Virus record (IMG/VR): IMGVR_UViG_3300042895_001344
Coordinates: 124,001 to 188,000 of that record
DNA length: 64,000 nt
Reading direction: 5' to 3' (one strand)
The position numbers and the translations under genes are program-made. The notes beneath the pieces were generated by a model. It had not been told where the DNA came from. It did no database searches and saw nothing but the letters and a program-made list of their open reading frames with translations. Below, in pieces: positions 11,199 through 19,972 of the stretch (positions are counted from its first letter, which is position 1; each line of letters starts with the position of its first letter).

Positions 11199-13079
11199 TT
11201 ATTTTTTATTGTGTAACATAATATAAGGAGTTCCTTTAACATTAACCGCTGGTTCCATGTTAAATCCTTTATTCGTAACTTCTATCTGTGATTTTATAAC
11301 AAATTCGTTTGTTTTAGGATTCGATCTTTCATAATAATCTTTTTTCTCTTTATCGTAACCCTCAAGTCCTTTTCTTCCGGTTTCATCTCCCATAAGAAAT
11401 TTTCTCAATCTGTCGTTTTCTTTTTTGATCTGATTCTCCAAATCTTTGGTTGCAGATATTAAACCGTCAGTATACTTAGTCATTTCTTTACCGAAATTTG
11501 TCGCAACACCTTTTAATGTTTTATCCGAAAAATCTGTTGCCCATTTTAAATTTTCTTGTGCTATTTTTTCTAATGGAATTGCACCTTTGTATTTTGGATC
11601 ATCTCCTACATATTCATTTCTTCCAAATGCTCTATCTTTTGCTGTCTTAACACTTTTTAAACCCGCACCTTGTAACATATTTTCAATATTTTTAACTGAT
11701 GAAAATTGTTGTTTAGCAATTTGTTCAGGATTCATATCTTCAAAAGCCTTCCTATTAGCCTTTAATACATCTATTTGTGATTGTGTTAAGGAATCTAATG
11801 TAACTTCTGTTTGTTTACCAAATTTATCTGTTAAACTTTCAGGTATGGTAATTGACATTTTACCATCCTTCATTTGTGACATATTTGTAAGAAATTCTCT
11901 GTCATTTTTACTCATATCAAACCCTTTAGCTAATAAAACGTTATTAGCTTGTATTCTTTCTTGAGCAGCAATTGCTGTTTTATTTAGTTCTCCAGTTGTC
12001 ATACCTAATTGAGCTGCCATCTCTTTCGCTCTTCTTAAATTTGCACCCGTAACTTCAAACTTTTTTTGTTCATTATTGTATGTTGCTAAACCACCTGCAG
12101 CACCAATTAACGCATCTTGTAAACCCTCAACATTATTCGTTGCCATATACATTAACTTAAGTGGATCATTAAAATCACCAATTGCACCACCTAATACTTG
12201 TAAATTTGCGGTTAATTCAATTGCACTATCAGGACTCATAACTTTATCCGCAATCTTAAATACGTCATTCATATTCGTTCTAAATTCAAGAGATTTTTGT
12301 ATCATTCTATTTAATCCTTGAACACCGTTAGAAAACCCGTATTCGTTTAATTTACCTATATCTGTTTTCAACATTTCTGTTGTTTTCTTTGCATTTAAAC
12401 CTAAAGAAATTGACGATCTACCTGCCGTATCAATTTTTAATAAAGTATCGGCAGCACCAAATCCCACTTTTTCAAATTCACTCATTGTCTCCGACATATC
12501 TCTTAAAGAACTACCAAATGCTCTAGTTGTTACTAAAGAATTTTCCATCGTTTTTTGAGATAATAAGTTAAATCTACCAGATTTTTCACCTAACCCAGTA
12601 ACTAAATCACCCAAATTTTCCATATCAAATCCTAAAGTTGCTGCCATAGGAACGGTCTCTAATATGATATCTCTATATGCTCTTGATAGTTCTCCCGTAA
12701 TACCTATTTTTTCATTAATAGTTGTATGTAATTGAGACTCTCTTTCTAATTGTTTGAATATTTCATTTTGAAGTGCTGAGGCCGCAGTTTTGTAATTTGT
12801 TAACCCCTCCATATTAACTTTAAATTCACCACCCATTTCTGATTTTGATGAAACACCTTTTGCCATTGCTTTCGCAACATCTATTGGGTTAGTTAAACTT
12901 CTATTTGCACTTTGTGTGGTTGATGTAGTATTTGATTGTATTGATCTTCCGTATCTAGATTGATTACCGATCCAACTCTGTGTTGCAGGATCTCTTCCAC
13001 CATCATTTATATAAGCACCAACAGCAGAATTTTTATCTGCATAATTGTTTACGTAATATTCTTTATCTCTTACCGACAT
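11199..13079 (-). CDS. Tape measure protein (626 aa)
   Basis: Ala/Gly/Leu/Met-rich helical sequence; follows tube and chaperone genes; size similar to T4 gp29. Confidence 0.7.
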   Translation of the reverse strand: MSVRDKEYYVNNYADKNSAVGAYINDGGRDPATQSWIGNQSRYGRSIQSNTTSTTQSANRSLTNPIDVAKAMAKGVSSKSEMGGEFKVNMEGLTNYKTAASALQNEIFKQLERESQLHTTINEKIGITGELSRAYRDIILETVPMAATLGFDMENLGDLVTGLGEKSGRFNLLSQKTMENSLVTTRAFGSSLRDMSETMSEFEKVGFGAADTLLKIDTAGRSSISLGLNAKKTTEMLKTDIGKLNEYGFSNGVQGLNRMIQKSLEFRTNMNDVFKIADKVMSPDSAIELTANLQVLGGAIGDFNDPLKLMYMATNNVEGLQDALIGAAGGLATYNNEQKKFEVTGANLRRAKEMAAQLGMTTGELNKTAIAAQERIQANNVLLAKGFDMSKNDREFLTNMSQMKDGKMSITIPESLTDKFGKQTEVTLDSLTQSQIDVLKANRKAFEDMNPEQIAKQQFSSVKNIENMLQGAGLKSVKTAKDRAFGRNEYVGDDPKYKGAIPLEKIAQENLKWATDFSDKTLKGVATNFGKEMTKYTDGLISATKDLENQIKKENDRLRKFLMGDETGRKGLEGYDKEKKDYYERSNPKTNEFVIKSQIEVTNKGFNMEPAVNVKGTPYIMLHNKK

Positions 13080-13082
13080 ACC

Positions 13083-13090
13083 TATAAATA
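13083..13090 (-). promoter_or_regulatory. Late motif TATTTATA
   Basis: 3 nt before tape measure ATG. Confidence 0.75.
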
Positions 13091-13234
13091 CTATTGAGTA
13101 TTATTTTCCAACTCAATTATGTAATTTACATAATATCTACGTAAGTGAACCGGCATTGTTAATAAATCGCCGTAAGAAAACCCTTTTTTAATTAAAAATA
13201 AAATTTCGTCTAACTGTCCTTTCTTATATTCCAT
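13091..13234 (-). CDS. Small tail-assembly protein missed by the ORF track (47 aa, MEYKKGQLDEILFLIKKGFSYGDLLTMPVHLRRYYVNYIIELENNTQ); possible frameshift extension of the upstream gene
   Basis: Translated by hand. Fills the gap between chaperone and tape measure. The FSYGDLLTMPVHLRRYY motif resembles the small T/gp51-type chaperone partner. Confidence 0.75.
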   Translation of the reverse strand: MEYKKGQLDEILFLIKKGFSYGDLLTMPVHLRRYYVNYIIELENNTQ

Positions 13235-13973
13235 AGAAAGGGCGAAAAAACTCTACCCCAAATCCAATTCTAACTTGGACATCTTCTCCTGATGGGGTTC
13301 TTACTGTTTGGGTTAAATCTAACCCGGGTTTATTATCTTTTACAAATTTCCTAAAATCTTGTGAATCTTTAATTGGCATGGTTTCAATAAAACCTCTAAT
13401 TTTTAATGCGTCTCTCACCCCACCAACAGATTTAATCATCATCTCAAGTTGTTTGGTTATAACAGGTGCAACACCATTACCATTCCAACTCTCTTTAATT
13501 TTTTCAATTTCATCTTCTTGTTTTTGTGTTAAAAACTTGAACGTGATTTCCGTTTTACTTTTTTCTAAATAATGACCATATTCACCGTTTGTATCTTCTA
13601 CTAAATTAAAATCTTTTATTTTTAATGAACCTAAATCTACCTCAACGGTAAATTCATTTCCAGTTTTATCGTCTGTAATTGTTAAATTATAATCAGAACC
13701 AAATGCGGTATTTCTTAAAAAGATTAAAATTGCTTGTCTATCTTCCTCAACAATTTCTTCTATGTTTAAATCTTTATCTAAAATTTTTCTTTTTAAAAGT
13801 TCAGTAATAACGGTATTTGTATTTAAAAAACTTGGGGACGATAAAATGTTCTCATCTGAAGCCGTTAAATAAGCTACTCTTACCGATTTTTTCTTATTAG
13901 TATAATGAATACCTTTACTTGGTAATTCTATTACATCATAGGCAATCGCCGGGTCAATTCTAGTTTCTTCCAT
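13224..13973 (-). CDS. Tail/baseplate hub assembly chaperone (gp26/gp51-like, G-type)
   Basis: YDVIELPSKG...YLTASDENIL N-terminus, ends VEFFRPFYGI; lies between tube and tape measure genes. Confidence 0.7.
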   Translation of the reverse strand: MEETRIDPAIAYDVIELPSKGIHYTNKKKSVRVAYLTASDENILSSPSFLNTNTVITELLKRKILDKDLNIEEIVEEDRQAILIFLRNTAFGSDYNLTITDDKTGNEFTVEVDLGSLKIKDFNLVEDTNGEYGHYLEKSKTEITFKFLTQKQEDEIEKIKESWNGNGVAPVITKQLEMMIKSVGGVRDALKIRGFIETMPIKDSQDFRKFVKDNKPGLDLTQTVRTPSGEDVQVRIGFGVEFFRPFYGI

Positions 13974-14021
13974 AATACTATAATTTACTTAATAACTAGT
14001 TCAAAGTAAAGTTTTTAAAAA

Positions 14022-14056
14022 AGAAAAACCGATAATCTTGTGAACTATCGGTTTTC
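14022..14056 (-). terminator. Intrinsic terminator after tail tube gene
   Basis: 10-bp stem aaaaccgata (14025-14034) / tatcggtttt (14046-14055) with a T-tract on the minus strand. Confidence 0.8.
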
Positions 14057-14076
14057 GTATATGAAAATCTGTAATA

Positions 14077-14565
14077 TTAGTATATCAAAATACATCTATC
14101 CATTCTCAAAGAACATGTAATATTAGCTAATTCATCTCTGTTATAGTCTAATTCACCAAAGTTCAAGTCAGTTAAGAAACAGTTTTCTAATAACCATTTT
14201 TCAACTACTACTCCTGTTGGGTCTAACATCTCCAATTCAATATCCTTTTTATAACCTGCAGCATAACCCATACGACCTGTTACAGATTCAGCATGTAAAC
14301 GGAACCATTCCATTAAAGCTTGAGAAGCTGAAGGTCCAATTGGATCTCTAAAAGTCATTTTAATTTCATTCCACTCAAATCTACCTGCAACATATGTTGA
14401 TGTGTTCAGGAAAGGAATTGCAACTGAATTGATTTTAGCACTTGGTCTTGACGCTGCAGATACATACCATTCGTTTATACCCAAAGATGAGTTGAATCTT
14501 ACGATAAATCGGTTGACCCTTTTTGGTTCGTAAGGTGTCGGCATTTTCATTAATAAATCGGCCAT
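14077..14565 (-). CDS. gp19: Tail tube protein
   Basis: YEPKRVNRF...GRFEWNEIKMTFRDPI...AAGYKKDIELEMLDPTGVVVEKW...FGELDY; directly after the sheath gene. Confidence 0.9.
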   Translation of the reverse strand: MADLLMKMPTPYEPKRVNRFIVRFNSSLGINEWYVSAASRPSAKINSVAIPFLNTSTYVAGRFEWNEIKMTFRDPIGPSASQALMEWFRLHAESVTGRMGYAAGYKKDIELEMLDPTGVVVEKWLLENCFLTDLNFGELDYNRDELANITCSLRMDRCILIY

Positions 14566-14603
14566 ATTGTGTGTTTGTTAAGTTTTGTTAGTTATTTACT
14601 TTC

Positions 14604-14612
14604 TAATAAATA
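14604..14612 (-). promoter_or_regulatory. Late motif TATTTATTA
   Basis: Upstream of tube gene. Confidence 0.7.
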
Positions 14613-14660
14613 TATCCAAAAGGAAAATAATTTTATTTTAAATTAATTATCTGAAAAAGG

Positions 14661-14691
14661 TTGTTTATGTCAATTATTTTTCGTAGTTTTT
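14661..14691 (+). promoter_or_regulatory. Candidate host-type (Bacteroidota sigmaA-like) promoter pointing into the intergenic repeat element
   Basis: TTG (14661-14663), 20-nt spacer, TAGTTTTT (14684-14691), which fits TAnnTTT(G) imperfectly; no ORF downstream. Confidence 0.35.
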
Positions 14692-14696
14692 TACAG

Positions 14697-14786
14697 GCCC
14701 CAGTATCTAGTTCCAGTTTAATACTCTACTTTAATAAATAATATATCATTAATAAATACTAGAATATCTAGTTCCAGTATTCTGGG
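14697..14786. repeat. Intergenic repeat element
   Basis: 14-bp direct repeat TATCTAGTTCCAGT (14704-14717, 14765-14778), TTAATAAATA twice (14731-14740, 14749-14758), CCCAG/CTGGG inverted ends, AT-rich core. Confidence 0.8.
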
Positions 14787-14816
14787 TAAAGTATAATTAT
14801 TTTTTTGTTATACATA

Positions 14817-14832
14817 TGTTCCACGTGGAGCA
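14817..14832. promoter_or_regulatory. parS-like palindrome TGTTCCACGTGGAGCA
   Basis: 15/16 match to the chromosomal parS palindrome TGTTCCACGTGGAACA; intergenic and GC-rich in an AT-rich background. Confidence 0.55.
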
Positions 14833-14834
14833 TT

Positions 14835-14862
14835 AAAAAAGGGTACCATTTCTGATACCCTT
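14835..14862 (-). terminator. Intrinsic terminator after tail sheath gene
   Basis: Stem aagggta (14839-14845) / taccctt (14856-14862) followed by T6 on the minus strand; may be bidirectional. Confidence 0.7.
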
Positions 14863-14886
14863 CTTATTTTTATATCTCCTTTTAGA

Positions 14887-17871
14887 TTAGATATTTTCAA
14901 ATGAAGCTCCTGTTGGAGTAATAATGAATTCCACATCGATGTATTCAAGAGAACGAGTTGGTTTGATGTAAATCTTACCTCTCATTGTGTTTGCGTCGAT
15001 GTCTTCAGGATCGTTAGAAACTGTTACACGGAAGTCATACAAACCTCTTTCTTTCTTAATTGCATCCAAGATAGGGTTTACCAATCTTAAGAATTCATTT
15101 CTTACTTGGTCATCGTTTTGTTCAAACAATAATCTTACAGAAACTGCAGAAATTAACTTTCTTGCTCTTAATAACAATCTTCTTACGTTGATTCTATCCA
15201 AAGCGGATTCTCTAACTTGTAACGTTTTGTTACCCCAAATAATAGTACCTGTATCAGAGAATGTAGCGATTGGGTTAATTCTGTTCTTATATAATACGTC
15301 TCTATCGTCTAAAGTCAATTTTTTAGTTGCTTTGATAGCATTTATCAAACCTCTACTATAACCCGCAACTGCGAACCAAGGATAAGACACGTTGTCAGTT
15401 AAAGCAATATTCTTAACAACCTCACCTGTTGGTGGGATATATAATTGTGTTGCATTATCTGTATCTCTTACTTGAATCCAAGGCCAATATGTTGCCGAGT
15501 AGTTAGAATCTATACCTGCATTATCTAAAGCAGTAACAATATCAGTCGTTGCTGAAGGACCTGTGATATTTGGTGAGTTCATAATATATAATGAATCTGC
15601 TCTTTCAGTTTCAATCATATCAATCGCTTGATTAACTAATGAACTATGACGATCAAAGTTAATACCAGGTGTAGCAAATACGTTAATATCTACCGCTTCA
15701 GGATTTGAATATGTTTCAATACCTTGTAAGTAAGCGTAATAGTCAGAATTACCTACTGATTCACTAAACACTCCTCCGGGGGTTGTATGTCCTAACTTAT
15801 AAATAGATTTACCAAAAATATAACGATCGTCGTTAGTTCTTTCTGATCTGTATATATCCCAACCGTCTCTACCTCCGTAAACCGAAAAAGTGAATTTACG
15901 GAAATTAATATTAGTTAATTTATTATTACCATTATTATTAAGCTCATCTTGACCTTCTAAATCATATGGTGTTGTTTGGAAAGTTGTTGTTCCAGTAATT
16001 GTAGAGGCGTTTACAGACAAATGGAAACCAAATGTTTCTGTTGTTGCCATCTCACCTTTATATTTTAATAAATCTCTATCGAATCCAACAGCATCAGATA
16101 AACCTAACATAACTTTTCTTACCTTATCTCCACCTTCAATATTAGGTGAACCATTCACATCGTAAGTTTCAACATCACCCGCATCGTTATATTTTGTTTT
16201 GAATATTACATTACCTAATCCCATATTAATTCCTGATACAGTACCAAAGTTTTTGTTGTTTGCAAAACCTCTAAAACCAGCAGGAATAGCATCTACAGGT
16301 GCTCCGTCCGCCATAAGCAACATAATTCTTTTAGAAACTAACGCGTATTCACCATCAGATGTACCGATTTTTTTAGCTATATAACCTGGAGTATCTGGAT
16401 TCATAGAACATCTTGAATATTTTTCAAGAGCTACTTGATTCTCATCAGTATCGTTAAAATCACGAACCACTAAATCAAACTCCATAGTTTCTAAATTAAT
16501 ATTTTGAATATTGATTTTTACTTCAAAGTTAGCGGCCTCTCCATCGGAGATTGTAATAACTTGAAATAAATCAGCAACATTACCACCACGAACTTCAGAA
16601 ACAACCATCGGTGAAATTGTTGTATCCCATGGTTTTAAGTAATTATATGAATTAGAATCTTCTTCTGATTCATATGAAACGTCCATAGAAATACCTCTTA
16701 CTAATCCTCTTTCAAAGGCGGTTCCTAAATAATTAGGATATGATTCATGTACATATACCGGATAGTCACCTTTATCTTTATCAAATACATCAGTTCCTAA
16801 AACTTTAGAAATATATTTTGATGATGATCGATTTAATGAACAAACAAATTGTTTAACTCCACTTGTTGTACCTGTTACGTTGATTGAAAACTCACCCATT
16901 GGGTTTGTATTCATATCAGATCCCGTAACACCTGATAATATGAATTTATTATCATCCTTAACTTCATGTATTAATGTTTGTCCGCTATATATACCTCTTG
17001 ATCTTATTGCTGCAACCACTACATTATGGTATTCATCGGCTAAAAGTGCTTCCCAATCAAATTGAGTAATTGACCATTTGTTAGTTGAATTTGTAAATGT
17101 GAATAAATAAGAATAAATACCATTTACACCGTCACCGTCTGGAGGAGTGACCAAACCATCAGATTGGTGATGCATTGTATTCCACCATTCTTTTGTATTA
17201 TTACTACTACTATATTTTTCTCCAGATAATGGAGAAACTAATTCTGTACCATTTCCAACAATTGCACTATCTTCTGTTCCTTCCGTATTTCTTCCTATCC
17301 AAAAATATTCATTAGTTGATCCAGTAGTTGAACCTTCATAATCACCGTAAATATCTTTTAAATATGTTACAATATCAGTACCATCAACAGATGTTACACC
17401 TGACAAATGAGCAATAATTTCATTTAATGAATTTATTGAAGATCCGGTTTCTGTTGTTGTAATTCCTGTTGTTGTAATTGTTACACTACCAACTTCATTA
17501 GTTACGCCAGAATACCCTTCTAAAATTACACCACCTACGGTTTTAATACCGAATGTTTTATATGGTCTATAACCTGTAAGACCCAATACTCTCGTTACGA
17601 ATAATTGATTAGATTCTTGTAAATATGATTTTGCAACATATCCTAATTCATATTTTGGATTACCATCACTGTACTTTTCAGGTGAAGTAGATCCAAAATA
17701 CAATTTGAATTCGTCAAAATTTGAAATTAAAATAGGTTCGAAAGCTGGACCTTTTAAAGTCTCACCAGCTAAACCTAATGTTGTAACACCTACACTCTGT
17801 GCTACAAATGTTAAATCGAGCTCGGATGTATAAACACCTGGAGACACGAAAACTCTGTTATTACTTGCCAT
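14887..17871 (-). CDS. gp18: Contractile tail sheath protein (994 aa)
   Basis: N-terminal VFVSPGVYTSELDLT; C-terminal YPWFAVAGYSRG, RINPIATF, IWGNKTLQ, LDRINVRRLL, IKPTRSLEYI. Confidence 0.95.
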   Translation of the reverse strand: MASNNRVFVSPGVYTSELDLTFVAQSVGVTTLGLAGETLKGPAFEPILISNFDEFKLYFGSTSPEKYSDGNPKYELGYVAKSYLQESNQLFVTRVLGLTGYRPYKTFGIKTVGGVILEGYSGVTNEVGSVTITTTGITTTETGSSINSLNEIIAHLSGVTSVDGTDIVTYLKDIYGDYEGSTTGSTNEYFWIGRNTEGTEDSAIVGNGTELVSPLSGEKYSSSNNTKEWWNTMHHQSDGLVTPPDGDGVNGIYSYLFTFTNSTNKWSITQFDWEALLADEYHNVVVAAIRSRGIYSGQTLIHEVKDDNKFILSGVTGSDMNTNPMGEFSINVTGTTSGVKQFVCSLNRSSSKYISKVLGTDVFDKDKGDYPVYVHESYPNYLGTAFERGLVRGISMDVSYESEEDSNSYNYLKPWDTTISPMVVSEVRGGNVADLFQVITISDGEAANFEVKINIQNINLETMEFDLVVRDFNDTDENQVALEKYSRCSMNPDTPGYIAKKIGTSDGEYALVSKRIMLLMADGAPVDAIPAGFRGFANNKNFGTVSGINMGLGNVIFKTKYNDAGDVETYDVNGSPNIEGGDKVRKVMLGLSDAVGFDRDLLKYKGEMATTETFGFHLSVNASTITGTTTFQTTPYDLEGQDELNNNGNNKLTNINFRKFTFSVYGGRDGWDIYRSERTNDDRYIFGKSIYKLGHTTPGGVFSESVGNSDYYAYLQGIETYSNPEAVDINVFATPGINFDRHSSLVNQAIDMIETERADSLYIMNSPNITGPSATTDIVTALDNAGIDSNYSATYWPWIQVRDTDNATQLYIPPTGEVVKNIALTDNVSYPWFAVAGYSRGLINAIKATKKLTLDDRDVLYKNRINPIATFSDTGTIIWGNKTLQVRESALDRINVRRLLLRARKLISAVSVRLLFEQNDDQVRNEFLRLVNPILDAIKKERGLYDFRVTVSNDPEDIDANTMRGKIYIKPTRSLEYIDVEFIITPTGASFENI

Positions 17872-17908
17872 TGATTTTTGTTTGGTTAATTAATTTTATT
17901 ACTTATCT

Positions 17909-17916
17909 TATAAATA
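17909..17916 (-). promoter_or_regulatory. Late motif TATTTATA
   Basis: Upstream of sheath gene. Confidence 0.75.
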
Positions 17917-17986
17917 TCTTTGTTTTTATCAAAGATTTCCCAACTTTTCTTAAAAAGATAGTTATTTATCTTTTAATATCTTTTAT

Positions 17987-18145
17987 ATGGAAAACACTCA
18001 AAAAAACGTTAAAATAAGTGGGAAACACCACGAAATGTTAAAAAATTACTGTGATAAAAACGGTTTAAAAATCTATAAAGTTTTAGAAAAACATATAGAA
18101 GAACTTTGTAAACCTAAAAAGAAGGACATATACGGGGATGATTAA
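17987..18145 (+). CDS. Small ribbon-helix-helix-like DNA-binding protein missed by the track (52 aa, MENTQKNVKISGKHHEMLKNYCDKNGLKIYKVLEKHIEELCKPKKKDIYGDD)
   Basis: Translated by hand. Strand-helix-helix pattern (VKIS...HEMLKNYC...LKIYKVLEKHI); TATTTAT at 17963-17969. Confidence 0.65.
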   Translation: MENTQKNVKISGKHHEMLKNYCDKNGLKIYKVLEKHIEELCKPKKKDIYGDD

Positions 18146-19404
18146 TAAAGATAAACAAAATCTAAAGTGGCACCGAATACAGGAGCACTTGTTAGTGTTA
18201 TTTGTTTTTGTCCTGTTATTTCATATCCCTCATCACTAAATTCAATAAGTCCATTTGTGGTAACACTAATAACACTATTAATCTTTTCTTGTAGATCAAA
18301 AACTAAGTTGACTCCATTGAAATTAAAACTTTCACGACCAACCTGTAGTTCATTACCGTTTTGGTCATACATTTTGTTATTTCTACCTTTATAGTAACTT
18401 ACAACAATTACATCACCTTGTAATGGGGTTCCGCTAAAATTTATGTTTGATAATCCCCCAAAATGAGAATGTGAATAATGTACGTCTTTTTCCTGTACAA
18501 TTCCATTAATTGATACGTTAAATAAAACTGTTATATTCTCACCTACACTATATATTGTACTAGTACCATTTGATATTAATGTGGCTAACGTTATATCAAT
18601 TGTTTTAGATATATATTTTTTAGTTAAACTACCTCCACCTTTCATCGATTCATTTACGATAAACGCTCGACTAATAGCTGGTTTAACCTCAAATTCATCA
18701 CTATCAATTAAAAACCCTAACATAGTACATTTATATGTTTGCATATAAAATCTACGACCATCAATTGTTTCCATAGGTGTATTGTCTTCTATTGTGTCTA
18801 AAACAATTGGAATATAATGACCTTTAACTTGAGTGTAATCTTGTCTAGATGAAAAATTTTGTAAAACTAATTTATTAAATTTATTTAAATCTCTAAACTT
18901 ATTACAAACAATAGTAATGTCGTATGTAATATCACATGGAATCGGTTGTGGTATTTTATAAATGTCAGCCCCCATAGAATTACCATTCCAAGTTGGAACC
19001 GTTGCATAGTGAAACTGATGTCTATCGGGAATAGTTCTTTGTATTGATGGGTTTGTACCAAACTGTACGTCAGGTTTTCTAATGATTGTAATAAATGGTA
19101 ATTTTACATTACCGTCAGAATCTGAAAATTCCCAATTGTTTGAAAATTCACCCCATCTTTGAATTGTTAATATTTTATCAATAACAGGTATTTGTACACC
19201 ATCAGATACAACTTTAAATGTATTTTTTACATAATCCAACATACCCCTATCTAAATCATCATGTAAAATAGAGTCAGGTAGAAAAGAATCGGATTTTGTA
19301 ATCATATCCAATAATTCCTCTCTTCTTTTTAATATACCTTCACCTTGGTAAGTATCCTTACCGCCGTAAACGTTGATCATGTTTTTTCTTTTAGGTATTC
19401 CCAT
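18142..19404 (-). CDS. Tail terminator/completion protein (gp15-like) with two appended beta-domains
   Basis: KLPFITIIR...PQPIPCDITYDITI...YIPI pattern; neck region. Probable start MGIPKRK at 19404, right after the upstream stop (track start is 19443). Confidence 0.6.
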   Translation of the reverse strand: MGIPKRKNMINVYGGKDTYQGEGILKRREELLDMITKSDSFLPDSILHDDLDRGMLDYVKNTFKVVSDGVQIPVIDKILTIQRWGEFSNNWEFSDSDGNVKLPFITIIRKPDVQFGTNPSIQRTIPDRHQFHYATVPTWNGNSMGADIYKIPQPIPCDITYDITIVCNKFRDLNKFNKLVLQNFSSRQDYTQVKGHYIPIVLDTIEDNTPMETIDGRRFYMQTYKCTMLGFLIDSDEFEVKPAISRAFIVNESMKGGGSLTKKYISKTIDITLATLISNGTSTIYSVGENITVLFNVSINGIVQEKDVHYSHSHFGGLSNINFSGTPLQGDVIVVSYYKGRNNKMYDQNGNELQVGRESFNFNGVNLVFDLQEKINSVISVTTNGLIEFSDEGYEITGQKQITLTSAPVFGATLDFVYLY

Positions 19405-19405
19405 A

Positions 19406-19918
19406 TTAAACTCCTCTAAATTCACCTTCTTGTGTTGGAGCACAAACTATACTTCTATAATGTGGTTTGTACCCAAACATTTTATGTTTATTGTCCGATG
19501 TAATTCTACCGTCATTTGTAACGGTATAATATCTCAATTTTTCTTCTGAATCTGCATAACCAATATAATCACCATATCTAATGTCTACCCCCAATTCATT
19601 AAGGTGTGTAATGTAAACCGATAATATCATATTACCTGGCTCATTATATCTCAATAATCCTTTAGTATAAGTTGAATTTTTTGGTTCCTCAATTTTAACC
19701 AATGCATTAAACTCAACGGGAGGAAAAAACTTAATCTCATCCATACCCGCCTCGGCGTATACGTCGTCATTATCGGTCTTTTGTCTATCAACACGATATA
19801 AGACCAATTTCATATTTAAATCCCCGTGTAGATACTCCTGACCCATCTGAATGTTAATATCAAAGTCATCTTGAGAGAAGAATTTACCTAAACGAGTAAT
19901 TGGTAGTTTATTGTTCAT
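19406..19918 (-). CDS. Head closure / neck protein (gp14-like)
   Basis: KLVLYRVD...DDVYAE...FFPPVEF...GDYIGY...YYTV pattern; neck cluster. Confidence 0.6.
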   Translation of the reverse strand: MNNKLPITRLGKFFSQDDFDINIQMGQEYLHGDLNMKLVLYRVDRQKTDNDDVYAEAGMDEIKFFPPVEFNALVKIEEPKNSTYTKGLLRYNEPGNMILSVYITHLNELGVDIRYGDYIGYADSEEKLRYYTVTNDGRITSDNKHKMFGYKPHYRSIVCAPTQEGEFRGV

Positions 19919-19922
19919 ATCC

Positions 19923-19931
19923 TAATAAATA
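19923..19931 (-). promoter_or_regulatory. Late motif TATTTATTA
   Basis: Upstream of head-closure gene. Confidence 0.7.
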
Positions 19932-19972
19932 GTTTAATCTTCCATTCTATTTAGTTATATTATATATAATAG

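Noticed and set aside
13218-13253. Classical -1 frameshift at the chaperone slip site
   Set aside because: The -1 frame reaches TAG after about 11 codons; only the +1/-2 frame is open
14704-14778. Two 14-bp repeats with a 47-bp spacer as a mini CRISPR array
   Set aside because: Repeat too short, only two copies, spacer itself repetitive, no cas genes in the window
17799-18017. Track ORF of 72 aa on the plus strand
   Set aside because: Spans the sheath start and promoter DNA; the real gene appears to be 17987..18145
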